Below are positions 13,657 to 26,120 of a stretch of DNA of 64,000 nt, one piece after another; within the stretch, counting starts at the first letter, position 1; each line of letters opens with the position of its first letter. The position numbers and the translations under genes were made by a program. A model generated the notes under the pieces. That model was not told the origin of the DNA, searched no databases, and saw nothing but the letters and a program-made list of their open reading frames with translations. The stretch lies in assembly GCA_964016885.1 (NCBI GenBank), contig OZ024742.1:106826001-106890000 (forward strand). The letters are read 5' to 3'. Source of the stretch: Eledone cirrhosa. Lineage: Eukaryota.

Positions 13657-14695
13657 TCAATGGGACCCTTGAGCTTCATAGAGTCTAGCTAACTCTTTAA
13701 CGTCAGGCTGGATTTTCGTAAGATGTAGCCGGAGATCTCCACGTTTAATTACATTGTAGCGGTTGCGAGACTTACTGTGCAGTCTGGAAACAGCATCAAA
13801 CCTCCTCTCGACTAAGTATGAGCTTGGAAAAGGCAGAGCAAATCTCTTAGTCTCTGCATGTAGATGTGGAAATCGACGCTGAATTTCCTCTTGCATCCCA
13901 AAAAGGAGTTCACCTATTTTGGGAAATCTAATTTTGATCATGTCATCTGATTGAAATTCAATGAATTCTTCCTGAAATTTAACATCCAAATTGTCGACGT
14001 TAGCTATGAAGTGATCTGCTATCCACATTGGAATGTCCATCGGCAAAAGGTTGACAAACCATTCTCTCATGTTGTCTTGTAGTGCACGGAGGTGAGTGGT
14101 ATAAATTTGGAGTTGGTCATTGTTTACAATGTTTTGAAGATTGGCGACACTAGGAAAATTATAGAATTCCCGTCAACAAAGATTCCTTTCGATGACATTC
14201 AATTTGGCCAGAAATGTTTTCACAGCATTCCTTGCTTTAAGCAAGGTGATCTTCTTCCCCTGCAAAGCCAAAATGACGCTATTGCATTTGTCGAAGATGT
14301 CAGTGAGGTAAGGGTTTTCTTGAACAGTTCTGCATTGCGTCCTCGCAGAAACTCAATGATAGAGTCAAAGAGTTCATAGAAGTGAGTAAGGCACTTACCC
14401 TTTGAAAGCCACCTCACTTCAGTATGAAGGAGCAACTTGATGAATTCTTCATCATTATCTTGACACAGTTGCCGGAAAATTTGTTCATTGAGGGAATGCC
14501 GTTTGATAAAATTGATGACATCAATGGCCACCTGCAAGGACTTGCTCAGCGGCTTGCTGAGTTTCTTCGCAGCCAAGTGTTGTCGATGAATGACACAATG
14601 AACAGCAAATACAGATAGATTTTCTCTCTTCAGAAGAGTGATGAAACCCTTATGTTGGCCGACCATTGCTCTTGCGTCGTCCGTAGCACATAATA
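13657..14695 (-). pseudogene. hAT transposase remnant (catalytic region and dimerisation domain), frameshifted, lacking the N-terminus
   Basis: HCVIHRQHLAAK, LLLHTEVRWLSKG, FPSSYLVERRF, RGDLRLHLT and a C-terminal AQGSH. Confidence 0.9.
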
Positions 14696-15060
14696 CAATG
14701 TGTTGTATGTGGTCCTAGATGTATGTATTACCTACTTGTATGTTGTATATAGTCCTAGATGTGTGTATTACCTGATTATGTGTTGTATGTGGTCCCAGCT
14801 GTATGTATTACCTGCTTGTGTGTTGTATGTGGTCCCAACTGTATGTATTACCTGCTTGTGTGTTGTATGTGGTCCTAGATGTATGTATTACCTGATTATG
14901 TGTTGTATGTGGTCCTAGATGTTTGTATTACCTGATTATGTGTTGTATGTGGTCCCAGCTGTATGTATTACCTGCTTGTATGTTGTATGTGGTCCTAGAT
15001 GTTTGTATTACCTGATTATGTGTTGCATGTGGTCCTAGATGTGTGTGCTATCCGCTTCTG
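14696..15060. repeat. 40-bp minisatellite (~9 copies) inside the hAT element
   Basis: Unit ~tgtgttgtatgtggtcctagatgtatgtattacctgatta; it starts where transposase homology stops. Confidence 0.9.
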
Positions 15061-15533
15061 TGTTTTTTCTTTTCTTTTTTTTATTTGTAATATTATTTAT
15101 ACAATAGGGAATAAAGTAGATCTACATAGTGTTAACTTGTTACGGTTGAGTCAATAATTTTACACATGAAATACATTGTTATCGGTGAAGGAAAGATAAG
15201 ATTCTAACTGGCTGTGCTCAAAGTGTCCTTGACCCAGTTGACTGTGGGTTTTTCCATTTTTAGGATCCCAATTGCTGGTTAATGTCTAGACACGCTTGCA
15301 CACCTGGTCACAGCTGCGGTCATACTATAGTTATGCTGTCTGCATGCTCATTCAAATGCATTCACACTGGCTGTCTCAAAGACATACAAATATGGCTTAT
15401 AAAACTTACCAAAGTAAAGAGCCTTCCAGCGCCCCCCAAAGCTCCAAACGCCCCCCTAACGCGACCTTGCTCCAAAACGCCCCCCGGGGATGCATATGCC
15501 CCCCCCGTTGAGAACCTTTGATGTAAAGGATAC

Positions 15534-15628
15534 AGTCTGTATGATGTTGTTTGTTGTAAAAGCATTGGTTTCAACTGAGTTATGTCATTAGCAAATTTCT
15601 TCATAGATGCACGAATCTGGGAGTTGAG
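15534..15628 (-). CDS. STX8: Syntaxin-8 coding exon 3
   Basis: 95-nt exon, ttacag|CTC...CT|gtatcc, encoding LNSQIRASMKKFANDITQLKPMLLQQTTSYR; phase 0 in, phase 2 out. Confidence 0.88.
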
Positions 15629-16487
15629 CTGTAACACAGATAGAAGAAGAAGGAAATAATGAGTTTGTCTTGTTTTTGTTGCTGTTCATTTGTTCTTTGT
15701 TTTGGTAGGTTTTTTTCTCTGTAGTTGAACATGTAGCATATGTGCAAAGTTGTGATAACACCAGGTAGAATGCTTTGCAGTATTTGTTCTGGCACTCTGC
15801 CCTCTTTGAATTCAAAACCCACCAAGATCAACTTTGCCTTTCATCCTTTCAAAGTCGATAAGAAAGGTACTAGACAATTCTTCCTCTATAGCTCTTTCTT
15901 ACTTCCTGTCTCCCTCTCTGGAAGAAATCAGATGTATTCAAACCTGGAGAAGGAATGGACTCTGCTGGGTTTAAAATACCAAAGACAGCTCCGCTATTAG
16001 GAGTTACAGGTCTATACACATTTAGTTACATAAATTTAAGAGCAAAGGGGAATTATAAAAAAATTATATTTAAATATACTCATATACACAACAGGGCTGA
16101 ACACAAAAGAACCAAACTCCCACTGTCACAGCCTCTGTCCCTCCCGCCCTCCCCCTCTCTCACTATTGTGAGAAAATGGGGGCCCACATGCTGGCTGCCC
16201 CAGTGAACAGAATAAAGAAAGCATTTCCCCGGAGGGTGTGAACACAAAGATGGAATAGTAATGGGCCTCTGTCAGTTTCGATGATGAGTGTTTTATTTGT
16301 TCAATCAATAGTACAACCTGCTCGTGAAATCAATATGTAAGTGTTCGAGCATTCCACAGATATGTGTACCTTTAATGCAATTCTCAAGGAGATTCAGCAT
16401 GACACTGTGTGACAAGGTTCGCCCTATAAATTACAGGTACAGTCCATCTGTCAGGCTTCCAAGCAGTTTCTGTCTAACCGATTTGAC

Positions 16488-19400
16488 TCCCAAGTTAAGT
16501 GCCATTACAAGTGGAGGCATGTAATCTAGTGGTAAGTGTATTGGACTTGTTCCCAAGTTAAGTGCCATTACAAGTGGAGGCATGTAATCTAGTGGTAAGT
16601 GTATTGGACTTGTTCCCAAGTTAAGTGCCATTACAAGTGGAGGCATGTAATCTAGTGGTAAGTGTATTGGACTTGTTCCCAAGTTAAGTGCCATTACAAG
16701 TGGAGGCATGTAATCTAGTGGTAAGTGTATTGGACTTGTTCCCAAGTTAAGTGCCATTACAAGTGGAGGCATGTAATCTAGTGGTAAGTGTATTGGACTT
16801 GTTCCCAAGTTAAGTGCCATTACAAGTGGAGGCATGTAATCTAGTGGTAAGTGTATTGGACTTGTTCCCAAGTTAAGTGCCATTACAAGTGGAGGCATGT
16901 AATCTAGTGGTAAGTGTATTGGACTTGTTCCCAAGTTAAGTGCCATTACAAGTGGAGGCATGTAATCTAGTGGTAAGTGTATTGGACTTGTTCCCAAGTT
17001 AAGTGCCATTACAAGTGGAGGCATGTAATCTAGTGGTAAGTCTATTGGACTTGTTCCCAAGTTAAGTGCCATTACAAGTGGAGGCATGTAAATAGTGGTA
17101 AGTGTATTGGACTTGTTCCCAAGTTAAGTGCCATTACAAGTGGAGGCATGTAATCTAGTGGTAAGTGTATTGGACTTGTTCCCAAGTTAAGTGTCATTAC
17201 AAGTGGAGGCATGTAATCTAGTGGTACGTGTATTGGACTTGTTCCCAAGTTAAGTGGCATTACAAGTGGAGGCATGTAATCTAGTGGTAAGTGTATTGGA
17301 CTTGTTCCCAAGTTAAGTGCCATTACAAGTGGAGGCATGTAATCTAGTGGTAAGTGTATTGGACTTGTTCCCAAGTTAAGTGCCATTACAAGTGGAGGCA
17401 TGTAAATAGTGGTAAGTGTATTGGACTTGTTCCCAAGTTAAGTGCCATTACAAGTGGAGGCATGTAATCTAGTGGTAAGGGTATTGGACTTGTTCCCAAG
17501 TTAAGTGTCATTACAAGTGGAGGCATGTAATCTAGTGGTACGTGTATTGGACTTGTTCCCAAGTTAAGTGGCATTACAAGTGGAGGCATGTAATCTAGTG
17601 GTAAGTGTATTGGACTTGTTCCCAAGTTAAGTGCCATTACAAGTGGAGGCATGTAATCTAGTGGTAAGTGTATTGGACTTGTTCCCAAGTTAAGTGTCAT
17701 TACAAGTGGAGGCATGTAAATAGTGGTAAGTGTATTGGACTTGTTCCCAAGTTAAGTGCCATTACAAGTGGAGGCATGTAATCTAGTGGTAAGTGTATTG
17801 GACTTGTTCCCAAGTTAAGTGTCATTACAAGTGGAGGCATGTAATCTAGTGGTACGTGTATTGGACTTGTTCCCAAGTTAAGTGGCATTACAAGTGGAGG
17901 CATGTAATCTAGTGGTAAGTGTATTGGACTTGTTCCCAAGTTAAGTGCCATTACAAGTGGAGGCATGTAATCTAGTGGTAAGTGTATTGGACTTGTTCCC
18001 AAGTTAAGTGTCATTACAAGTGGAGGCATGTAATCTAGTGGTAAGTGTATTGGACTTGTTCCCAAGTTAAGTGCCATTACAAGTGGAGGCATGTAATCTA
18101 GTGGTAAGTGTATTGGACTTGTTCCCAAGTTAAGTGCCATTACAAGTGGAGGCATGTAATCTAGTGGTAAGTGTATTGGACTTGTTCCCAAGTTAAGTGC
18201 CATTACAAGTGGAGGCATGTAATCTAGTGGTAAGTGTATTGGACTTGTTCCCAAGTTAAGTGTTATTACAAGTGGAGGCATGTAATCTAGTGGTAAGTGT
18301 ATTGGACTTGTTCCCAAGTTAAGTGTCATTACAAGTGGAGGCATGTAATCTAGTGGTAAGTGTATTGGACTTGTTCCCAAGTTAAGTGTCATTACAAGTG
18401 GAGGCATGTAATCTAGTGGTACGTGTATTGGACTTGTTCCCAAGTTAAGTGGCATTACAAGTGGAGGCATGTAATCTAGTGGTAAGTGTATTGGACTTGT
18501 TCCCAAGTTAAGTGCCATTACAAGTGGAGGCATGTAATCTAGTGGTAAGTGTATTGGACTTGTTCCCAAGTTAAGTGTCATTACAAGTGGAGGCATGTAA
18601 ATAGTGGTAAGTGTATTGGACTTGTTCCCAAGTTAAGTGCCATTACAAGTGGAGGCATGTAATCTAGTGGTAAGTGTATTGGACTTGTTCCCAAGTTAAG
18701 TGTCATTACAAGTGGAGGCATGTAATCTAGTGGTACGTGTATTGGACTTGTTCCCAAGTTAAGTGGCATTACAAGTGGAGGCATGTAATCTAGTGGTAAG
18801 TGTATTGGACTTGTTCCCAAGTTAAGTGCCATTACAAGTGGAGGCATGTAATCTAGTGGTAAGTGTATTGGACTTGTTCCCAAGTTAAGTGTCATTACAA
18901 GTGGAGGCATGTAATCTAGTGGTAAGTGTATTGGACTTGTTCCCAAGTTAAGTGCCATTACAAGTGGAGGCATGTAATCTAGTGGTAAGTGTATTGGACT
19001 TGTTCCCAAGTTAAGTGCCATTACAAGTGGAGGCATGTAATCTAGTGGTAAGTGTATTGGACTTGTTCCCAAGTTAAGTGCCATTACAAGTGGAGGCATG
19101 TAATCTAGTGGTAAGTGTATTGGACTTGTTCCCAAGTTAAGTGTTATTACAAGTGGAGGCATGTAATCTAGTGGTAAGTGTATTGGACTTGTTCCCAAGT
19201 TAAGTGTCATTACAAGTGGAGGCATGTAATCTAGTGGTAAGTGTATTGGACTTGTTCCCAAGTTAAGTGTCATTACAAGTGGAGGCATGTAATCTAGTGG
19301 TAAGTGTATTGGACTTGTTCCCAAGTTAAGTGTCATTACAAGTGGAGGCATGTAATCTAGTGGTAAGTGTATTGGACTTGTTCCCAAGTTAAGTGTCATT

Positions 19401-22400
19401 ACAAGTGGAGGCATGTAATCTAGTGGTAAGTGTATTGGACTTGTTCCCAAGTTAAGTGTCATTACAAGTGGAGGCATGTAATCTAGTGGTAAGTGTATTG
19501 GACTTGTTCCCAAGTTAAGTGTCATTACAAGTGGAGGCATGTAATCTAGTGGTAAGTGTATTGGACTTGTTCCCAAGTTAAGTGCCATTACAAGTGGAGG
19601 CATGTAATCTAGTGGTAAGTGTATTGGACTTGTTCCCAAGTTAAGTGCCATTACAAGTGGAGGCATGTAATCTAGTGGTAAGTGTATTGGACTTGTTCCC
19701 AAGTTAAGTGTCATTACAAGTGGAGGCATGTAATCTAGTGGTAAGTGTATTGGACTTGTTCTCAAGTTAAGTGCCATTACAAGTGGAGGCATGTAATCTA
19801 GTGGTAAGTGTATTGGACTTGTTCCCAAGTTAAGTGTCATTACAAGTGGAGGCATGTAATCTAGTGGTAAGTGTATTGGACTTGTTCCCAAGTTAAGTGC
19901 CATTACAAGTGGAGGCATGTAATCTAGTGGTAAGTGTATTGGACTTGTTCCCAAGTTAAGTGCCATTACAAGTGGAGGCATGTAATCTAGTGGTAAGTGT
20001 ACTGGACTTGTTCCAAAGTTAAGTGCCATTACAAGTGGAGGCATGTAATCTAGTGGTAAGTGTATTGGACTTGTTCCCAAGTTAAGTGCCATTACAAGTG
20101 GAGGCATGTAATCTAGTGGTAAGTGTATTGGACTTGTTCCCAAGTTAAGTGCCATTACAAGTGGAGGCATGTAATCTAGTGGTAAGTGTATTGGACTTGT
20201 TCCCAAGTTAAGTGCCATTACAAGTGGAGGCATGTAATCTAGTGGTAAGTGTATTGGACTTGTTCCCAAGTTAAGTGTCATTACAAGTGGAGGCATGTAA
20301 TCTAGTGGTAAGTGTATTGGACTTGTTCCCAAGTTAAGTGCCATTACAAGTGGAGGCATGTAATCTAGTGGTAAGTGTATTGGACTTGTTCCCAAGTTAA
20401 GTGCCATTACAAGTGGAGGCATGTAATCTAGTGGTAAGTGTATTGGACTTGTTCCCAAGTTAAGTGCCATTACAAGTGGAGGCATGTAATCTAGTGGTAA
20501 GTGTATTGGACTTGTTCCCAAGTTAAGTGCCATTACAAGTGGAGGCATGTAATCTAGTGGTAAGTGTATTGGACTTGTTCCCAAGTTAAGTGTCATTACA
20601 AGTGGAGGCATGTAATCTAGTGGTAAGTGTATTGGACTTGTTCCCAAGTTAAGTGCCATTACAAGTGGAGGCATGTAATCTAGTGGTAAGTGTATTGGAC
20701 TTGTTCCCAAGTTAAGTGTCATTACAAGTGGAGGCATGTAATCTAGTGGTAAGTGTATTGGACTTGTTCCCAAGTTAAGTGCCATTACAAGTGGAGGCAT
20801 GTAATCTAGTGGTAAGTGTATTGGACTTGTTCCCAAGTTAAGTGTCATTACAAGTGGAGGCATGTAATCTAGTGGTAAGTGTATTGGACTTGTTCCCAAG
20901 TTAAGTGTCATTACAAGTGGAGGCATGTAATCTAGTGGTAAGTGTATTGGACTTGTTCCCAAGTTAAGTGTCATTACAAGTGGAGGCATGTAATCTAGTG
21001 GTAAGTGTATTGGACTTGTTCCCAAGTTAAGTGCCATTACAAGTGGAGGCATGTAATCTAGTGGTAAGTGTATTGGACTTGTTCCCAAGTTAAGTGCCAT
21101 TACAAGTGGAGGCATGTAATCTAGTGGTAAGTGTATTGGACTTGTTCCCAAGTTAAGTGTCATTACAAGTGGAGGCATGTAATCTAGTGGTAAGTGTATT
21201 GGACTTGTTCTCAAGTTAAGTGCCATTACAAGTGGAGGCATGTAATCTAGTGGTAAGTGTATTGGACTTGTTCCCAAGTTAAGTGTCATTACAAGTGGAG
21301 GCATGTAATCTAGTGGTAAGTGTATTGGACTTGTTCCCAAGTTAAGTGCCATTACAAGTGGAGGCATGTAATCTAGTGGTAAGTGTATTGGACTTGTTCC
21401 CAAGTTAAGTGTCATTACAAGTGGAGGCATGTAATCTAGTGGTAAGTGTATTGGACTTGTTCCCAAGTTAAGTGCCATTACAAGTGGAGGCATGTAATCT
21501 AGTGGTAAGTGTATTGGACTTGTTCCCAAGTTAAGTGCCATTACAAGTGGAGGCATGTAATCTAGTGGTAAGTGTATTGGACTTGTTCCCAAGTTAAGTG
21601 CCATTACAAGTGGAGGCATGTAATCTAGTGGTAAGTGTATTGGACTTGTTCCCAAGTTAAGTGCCATTACAAGTGGAGGCATGTAATCTAGTGGTAAGTG
21701 TATTGGACTTGTTCCCAAGTTAAGTGTCATTACAAGTGGAGGCATGTAATCTAGTGGTAAGTGTATTGGACTTGTTCCCAAGTTAAGTGCCATTACAAGT
21801 GGAGGCATGTAATCTAGTGGTAAGTGTATTGGACTTGTTCCCAAGTTAAGTGCCATTACAAGTGGAGGCATGTAATCTAGTGGTAAGTGTATTGGACTTG
21901 TTCCCAAGTTAAGTGTCATTACAAGTGGAGGCATGTAATCTAGTGGTAAGTGTATTGGACTTGTTCCCAAGTTAAGTGCCATTACAAGTGGAGGCATGTA
22001 ATCTAGTGGTAAGTGTATTGGACTTGTTCCCAAGTTAAGTGCCATTACAAGTGGAGGCATGTAATCTAGTGGTAAGTGTATTGGACTTGTTCCCAAGTTA
22101 AGTGCCATTACAAGTGGAGGCATGTAATCTAGTGGTAAGTGTATTGGACTTGTTCCCAAGTTAAGTGCCATTACAAGTGGAGGCATGTAATCTAGTGGTA
22201 AGTGTATTGGACTTGTTCCCAAGTTAAGTGCCATTACAAGTGGAGGCATGTAATCTAGTGGTAAGTGTATTGGACTTGTTCCCAAGTTAAGTGCCATTAC
22301 AAGTGGAGGCATGTAATCTAGTGGTAAGTGTATTGGACTTGTTCCCAAGTTAAGTGTCATTACAAGTGGAGGCATGTAATCTAGTGGTAAGTGTATTGGA

Positions 22401-25400
22401 CTTGTTCCCAAGTTAAGTGCCATTACAAGTGGAGGCATGTAATCTAGTGGTAAGTGTATTGGACTTGTTCCCAAGTTAAGTGCCATTACAAGTGGAGGCA
22501 TGTAATCTAGTGGTAAGTGTATTGGACTTGTTCCCAAGTTAAGTGTCATTACAAGTGGAGGCATGTAATCTAGTGGTAAGTGTATTGGACTTGTTCCCAA
22601 GTTAAGTGCCATTACAAGTGGAGGCATGTAATCTAGTGGTAAGTGTATTGGACTTGTTCCCAAGTTAAGTGCCATTACAAGTGGAGGCATGTAATCTAGT
22701 GGTAAGTGTATTGGACTTGTTCCCAAGTTAAGTGTCATTACAAGTGGAGGCATGTAATCTAGTGGTAAGTGTATTGGACTTGTTCCCAAGTTAAGTGCCA
22801 TTACAAGTGGAGGCATGTAATCTAGTGGTAAGTGTATTGGACTTGTTCCCAAGTTAAGTGCCATTACAAGTGGAGGCATGTAATCTAGTGGTAAGTGTAT
22901 TGGACTTGTTCCCAAGTTAAGTGCCATTACAAGTGGAGGCATGTAATCTAGTGGTAAGTGTATTGGACTTGTTCCCAAGTTAAGTGCCATTACAAGTGGA
23001 GGCATGTAATCTAGTGGTAAGTGTATTGGACTTGTTCCCAAGTTAAGTGTCATTACAAGTGGAGGCATGTAATCTAGTGGTAAGTGTATTGGACTTGTTC
23101 CCAAGTTAAGTGCCATTACAAGTGGAGGCATGTAATCTAGTGGTAAGTGTATTGGACTTGTTCCCAAGTTAAGTGCCATTACAAGTGGAGGCATGTAATC
23201 TAGTGGTAAGTGTATTGGACTTGTTCCCAAGTTAAGTGCCATTACAAGTGGAGGCATGTAATCTAGTGGTAAGTGTATTGGACTTGTTCCCAAGTTAAGT
23301 GCCATTACAAGTGGAGGCATGTAATCTAGTGGTAAGTGTATTGGACTTGTTCCCAAGTTAAGTGTATTACAAGTGGAGGCATGTAATCTAGTGGTAAGTG
23401 TATTGGACTTGTTCCCAAGTTAAGTGCCATTACAAGTGGAGGCATGTAATCTAGTGGTAAGTGTATTGGACTTGTTCCCAAGTTAAGTGCCATTACAAGT
23501 GGAGGCATGTAATCTAGTGGTAAGTGTATTGGACTTGTTCCCAAGTTAAGTGCCATTACAAGTGGAGGCATGTAATCTAGTGGTAAGTGTATTGGACTTG
23601 TTCCCAAGTTAAGTGCCATTACAAGTGGAGGCATGTAATCTAGTGGTAAGTGTATTGGACTTGTTCCCAAGTTAAGTGTCATTACAAGTGGAGGCATGTA
23701 ATCTAGTGGTAAGTGTATTGGACTTGTTCCCAAGTTAAGTGCCATTACAAGTGGAGGCATGTAATCTAGTGGTAAGTGTATTGGACTTGTTCCCAAGTTA
23801 AGTGCCATTACAAGTGGAGGCATGTAATCTAGTGGTAAGTGTATTGGACTTGTTCCCAAGTTAAGTGTCATTACAAGTGGAGGCATGTAATCTAGTGGTA
23901 AGTGTATTGGACTTGTTCCCAAGTTAAGTGCCATTACAAGTGGAGGCATGTAATCTAGTGGTAAGTGTATTGGACTTGTTCCCAAGTTAAGTGCCATTAC
24001 AAGTGGAGGCATGTAATCTAGTGGTAAGTGTATTGGACTTGTTCCCAAGTTAAGTGCCATTACAAGTGGAGGCATGTAATCTAGTGGTAAGTGTATTGGA
24101 CTTGTTCCCAAGTTAAGTGCCATTACAAGTGGAGGCATGTAATCTAGTGGTAAGTGTATTGGACTTGTTCCCAAGTTAAGTGCCATTACAAGTGGAGGCA
24201 TGTAATCTAGTGGTAAGTGTATTGGACTTGTTCCCAAGTTAAGTGCCATTACAAGTGGAGGCATGTAATCTAGTGGTAAGTGTATTGGACTTGTTCCCAA
24301 GTTAAGTGTCATTACAAGTGGAGGCATGTAATCTAGTGGTAAGTGTATTGGACTTGTTCCCAAGTTAAGTGCCATTACAAGTGGAGGCATGTAATCTAGT
24401 GGTAAGTGTATTGGACTTGTTCCCAAGTTAAGTGCCATTACAAGTGGAGGCATGTAATCTAGTGGTAAGTGTATTGGACTTGTTCCCAAGTTAAGTGCCA
24501 TTACAAGTGGAGGCATGTAATCTAGTGGTAAGTGTATTGGACTTGTTCCCAAGTTAAGTGCCATTACAAGTGGAGGCATGTAATCTAGTGGTAAGTGTAT
24601 TGGACTTGTTCCCAAGTTAAGTGTCATTACAAGTGGAGGCATGTAATCTAGTGGTAAGTGTATTGGACTTGTTCCCAAGTTAAGTGCCATTACAAGTGGA
24701 GGCATGTAATCTAGTGGTAAGTGTATTGGACTTGTTCCCAAGTTAAGTGCCATTACAAGTGGAGGCATGTAATCTAGTGGTAAGTGTATTGGACTTGTTC
24801 CCAAGTTAAGTGTCATTACAAGTGGAGGCATGTAATCTAGTGGTAAGTGTATTGGACTTGTTCCCAAGTTAAGTGCCATTACAAGTGGAGGCATGTAATC
24901 TAGTGGTAAGTGTATTGGACTTGTTCCCAAGTTAAGTGCCATTACAAGTGGAGGCATGTAATCTAGTGGTAAGTGTATTGGACTTGTTCCCAAGTTAAGT
25001 GCCATTACAAGTGGAGGCATGTAATCTAGTGGTAAGTGTATTGGACTTGTTCCCAAGTTAAGTGCCATTACAAGTGGAGGCATGTAATCTAGTGGTAAGT
25101 GTATTGGACTTGTTCCCAAGTTAAGTGTCATTACAAGTGGAGGCATGTAATCTAGTGGTAAGTGTATTGGACTTGTTCCCAAGTTAAGTGCCATTACAAG
25201 TGGAGGCATGTAATCTAGTGGTAAGTGTATTGGACTTGTTCCCAAGTTAAGTGCCATTACAAGTGGAGGCATGTAATCTAGTGGTAAGTGTATTGGACTT
25301 GTTCCCAAGTTAAGTGCCATTACAAGTGGAGGCATGTAATCTAGTGGTAAGTGTATTGGACTTGTTCCCAAGTTAAGTGCCATTACAAGTGGAGGCATGT

Positions 25401-25868
25401 AATCTAGTGGTAAGTGTATTGGACTTGTTCCCAAGTTAAGTGTATTACAAGTGGAGGCATGTAATCTAGTGGTAAGTGTATTGGACTTGTTCCCAAGTTA
25501 AGTGCCATTACAAGTGGAGGCATGTAATCTAGTGGTAAGTGTATTGGACTTGTTCCCAAGTTAAGTGCCATTACAAGTGGAGGCATGTAATCTAGTGGTA
25601 AGTGTATTGGACTTGTTCCCAAGTTAAGTGCCATTACAAGTGGAGGCATGTAATCTAGTGGTAAGTGTATTGGACTTGTTCCCAAGTTAAGTGCCATTAC
25701 AAGTGGAGGCATGTAATCTAGTGGTAAGTGTATTGGACTTGTTCCCAAGTTAAGTGCCATTACAAGTGGAGGCATGTAATCTAGTGGTAAGTGTATTGGA
25801 CTTGTTCCCAAGTTAAGTGCCATTACAAGTGGAGGCATGTAATCTAGTGGTAAGTGTATTGGACTTGT
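16488..25868. repeat. 63-bp tandem array, 149 copies (9381 bp), in STX8 intron 2
   Basis: Unit tcccaagttaagtgccattacaagtggaggcatgtaatctagtggtaagtgtattggacttgt. 149 x 63 minus six 1-bp deletions equals 9381. Confidence 0.98.
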
Positions 25869-26120
25869 GATCTTAATGTCATGGGTTCAATACTTCGACT
25901 AGGTTGTGTGTTGTGTTCTTGAGCAAAAAAACTTCAGTACATGTTGCTCCAGTATACTCAAATGAAAATGAGTAACAGCATTAGCTGGGGACTTAATTCC
26001 ACAATGGACTGGCCGTCTGTCCAGGAGGAGGGAGCCTTGTACTCTCAGTCACTTAACAACACGGAAACCAGGATAAGCACCAGTGTGATGAGCTTTCTGG
26101 CTCGAGACAGACTTTAGACT
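25829..26120 (+). mobile_element. tRNA-derived SINE whose 5' head forms part of the 63-bp unit
   Basis: The last unit runs directly into a B-box-like ggttcaatac and ttgagcaaaa..ctt; colinear with the SINE at 6784-7010. Confidence 0.8.

Larger units (their letters stand above)
13023..15520 (-). mobile_element. hAT DNA transposon, Buster/Charlie-like, internally deleted
   Basis: TIRs cacaggttctcaac / gttgagaacctttg (13/14 match); perfect 8-bp TSD atgtaaag (13015-13022, 15521-15528) with central TA; subterminal aaacgccccc repeats. Confidence 0.95.
6387..15533 (-). other. STX8: U12-type (minor spliceosome) GT-AG intron, STX8 intron 3
   Basis: Donor GTATCCTTT (15533-15525) matches the U12 consensus. 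Branch-like TCCTTATC (6404-6397) lies 12 nt from the AG, with no polypyrimidine tract. Confidence 0.85.

Noticed and set aside
16431-25838. Giant minus-strand ORFs (up to 1591 aa) of MPPLVMALNLGTSPIHLPLDY repeats
   Set aside because: A by-product of a 63-bp (3n) SINE-derived unit. Six frameshifting deletions, variants that change amino acids, and an intronic location argue against coding.
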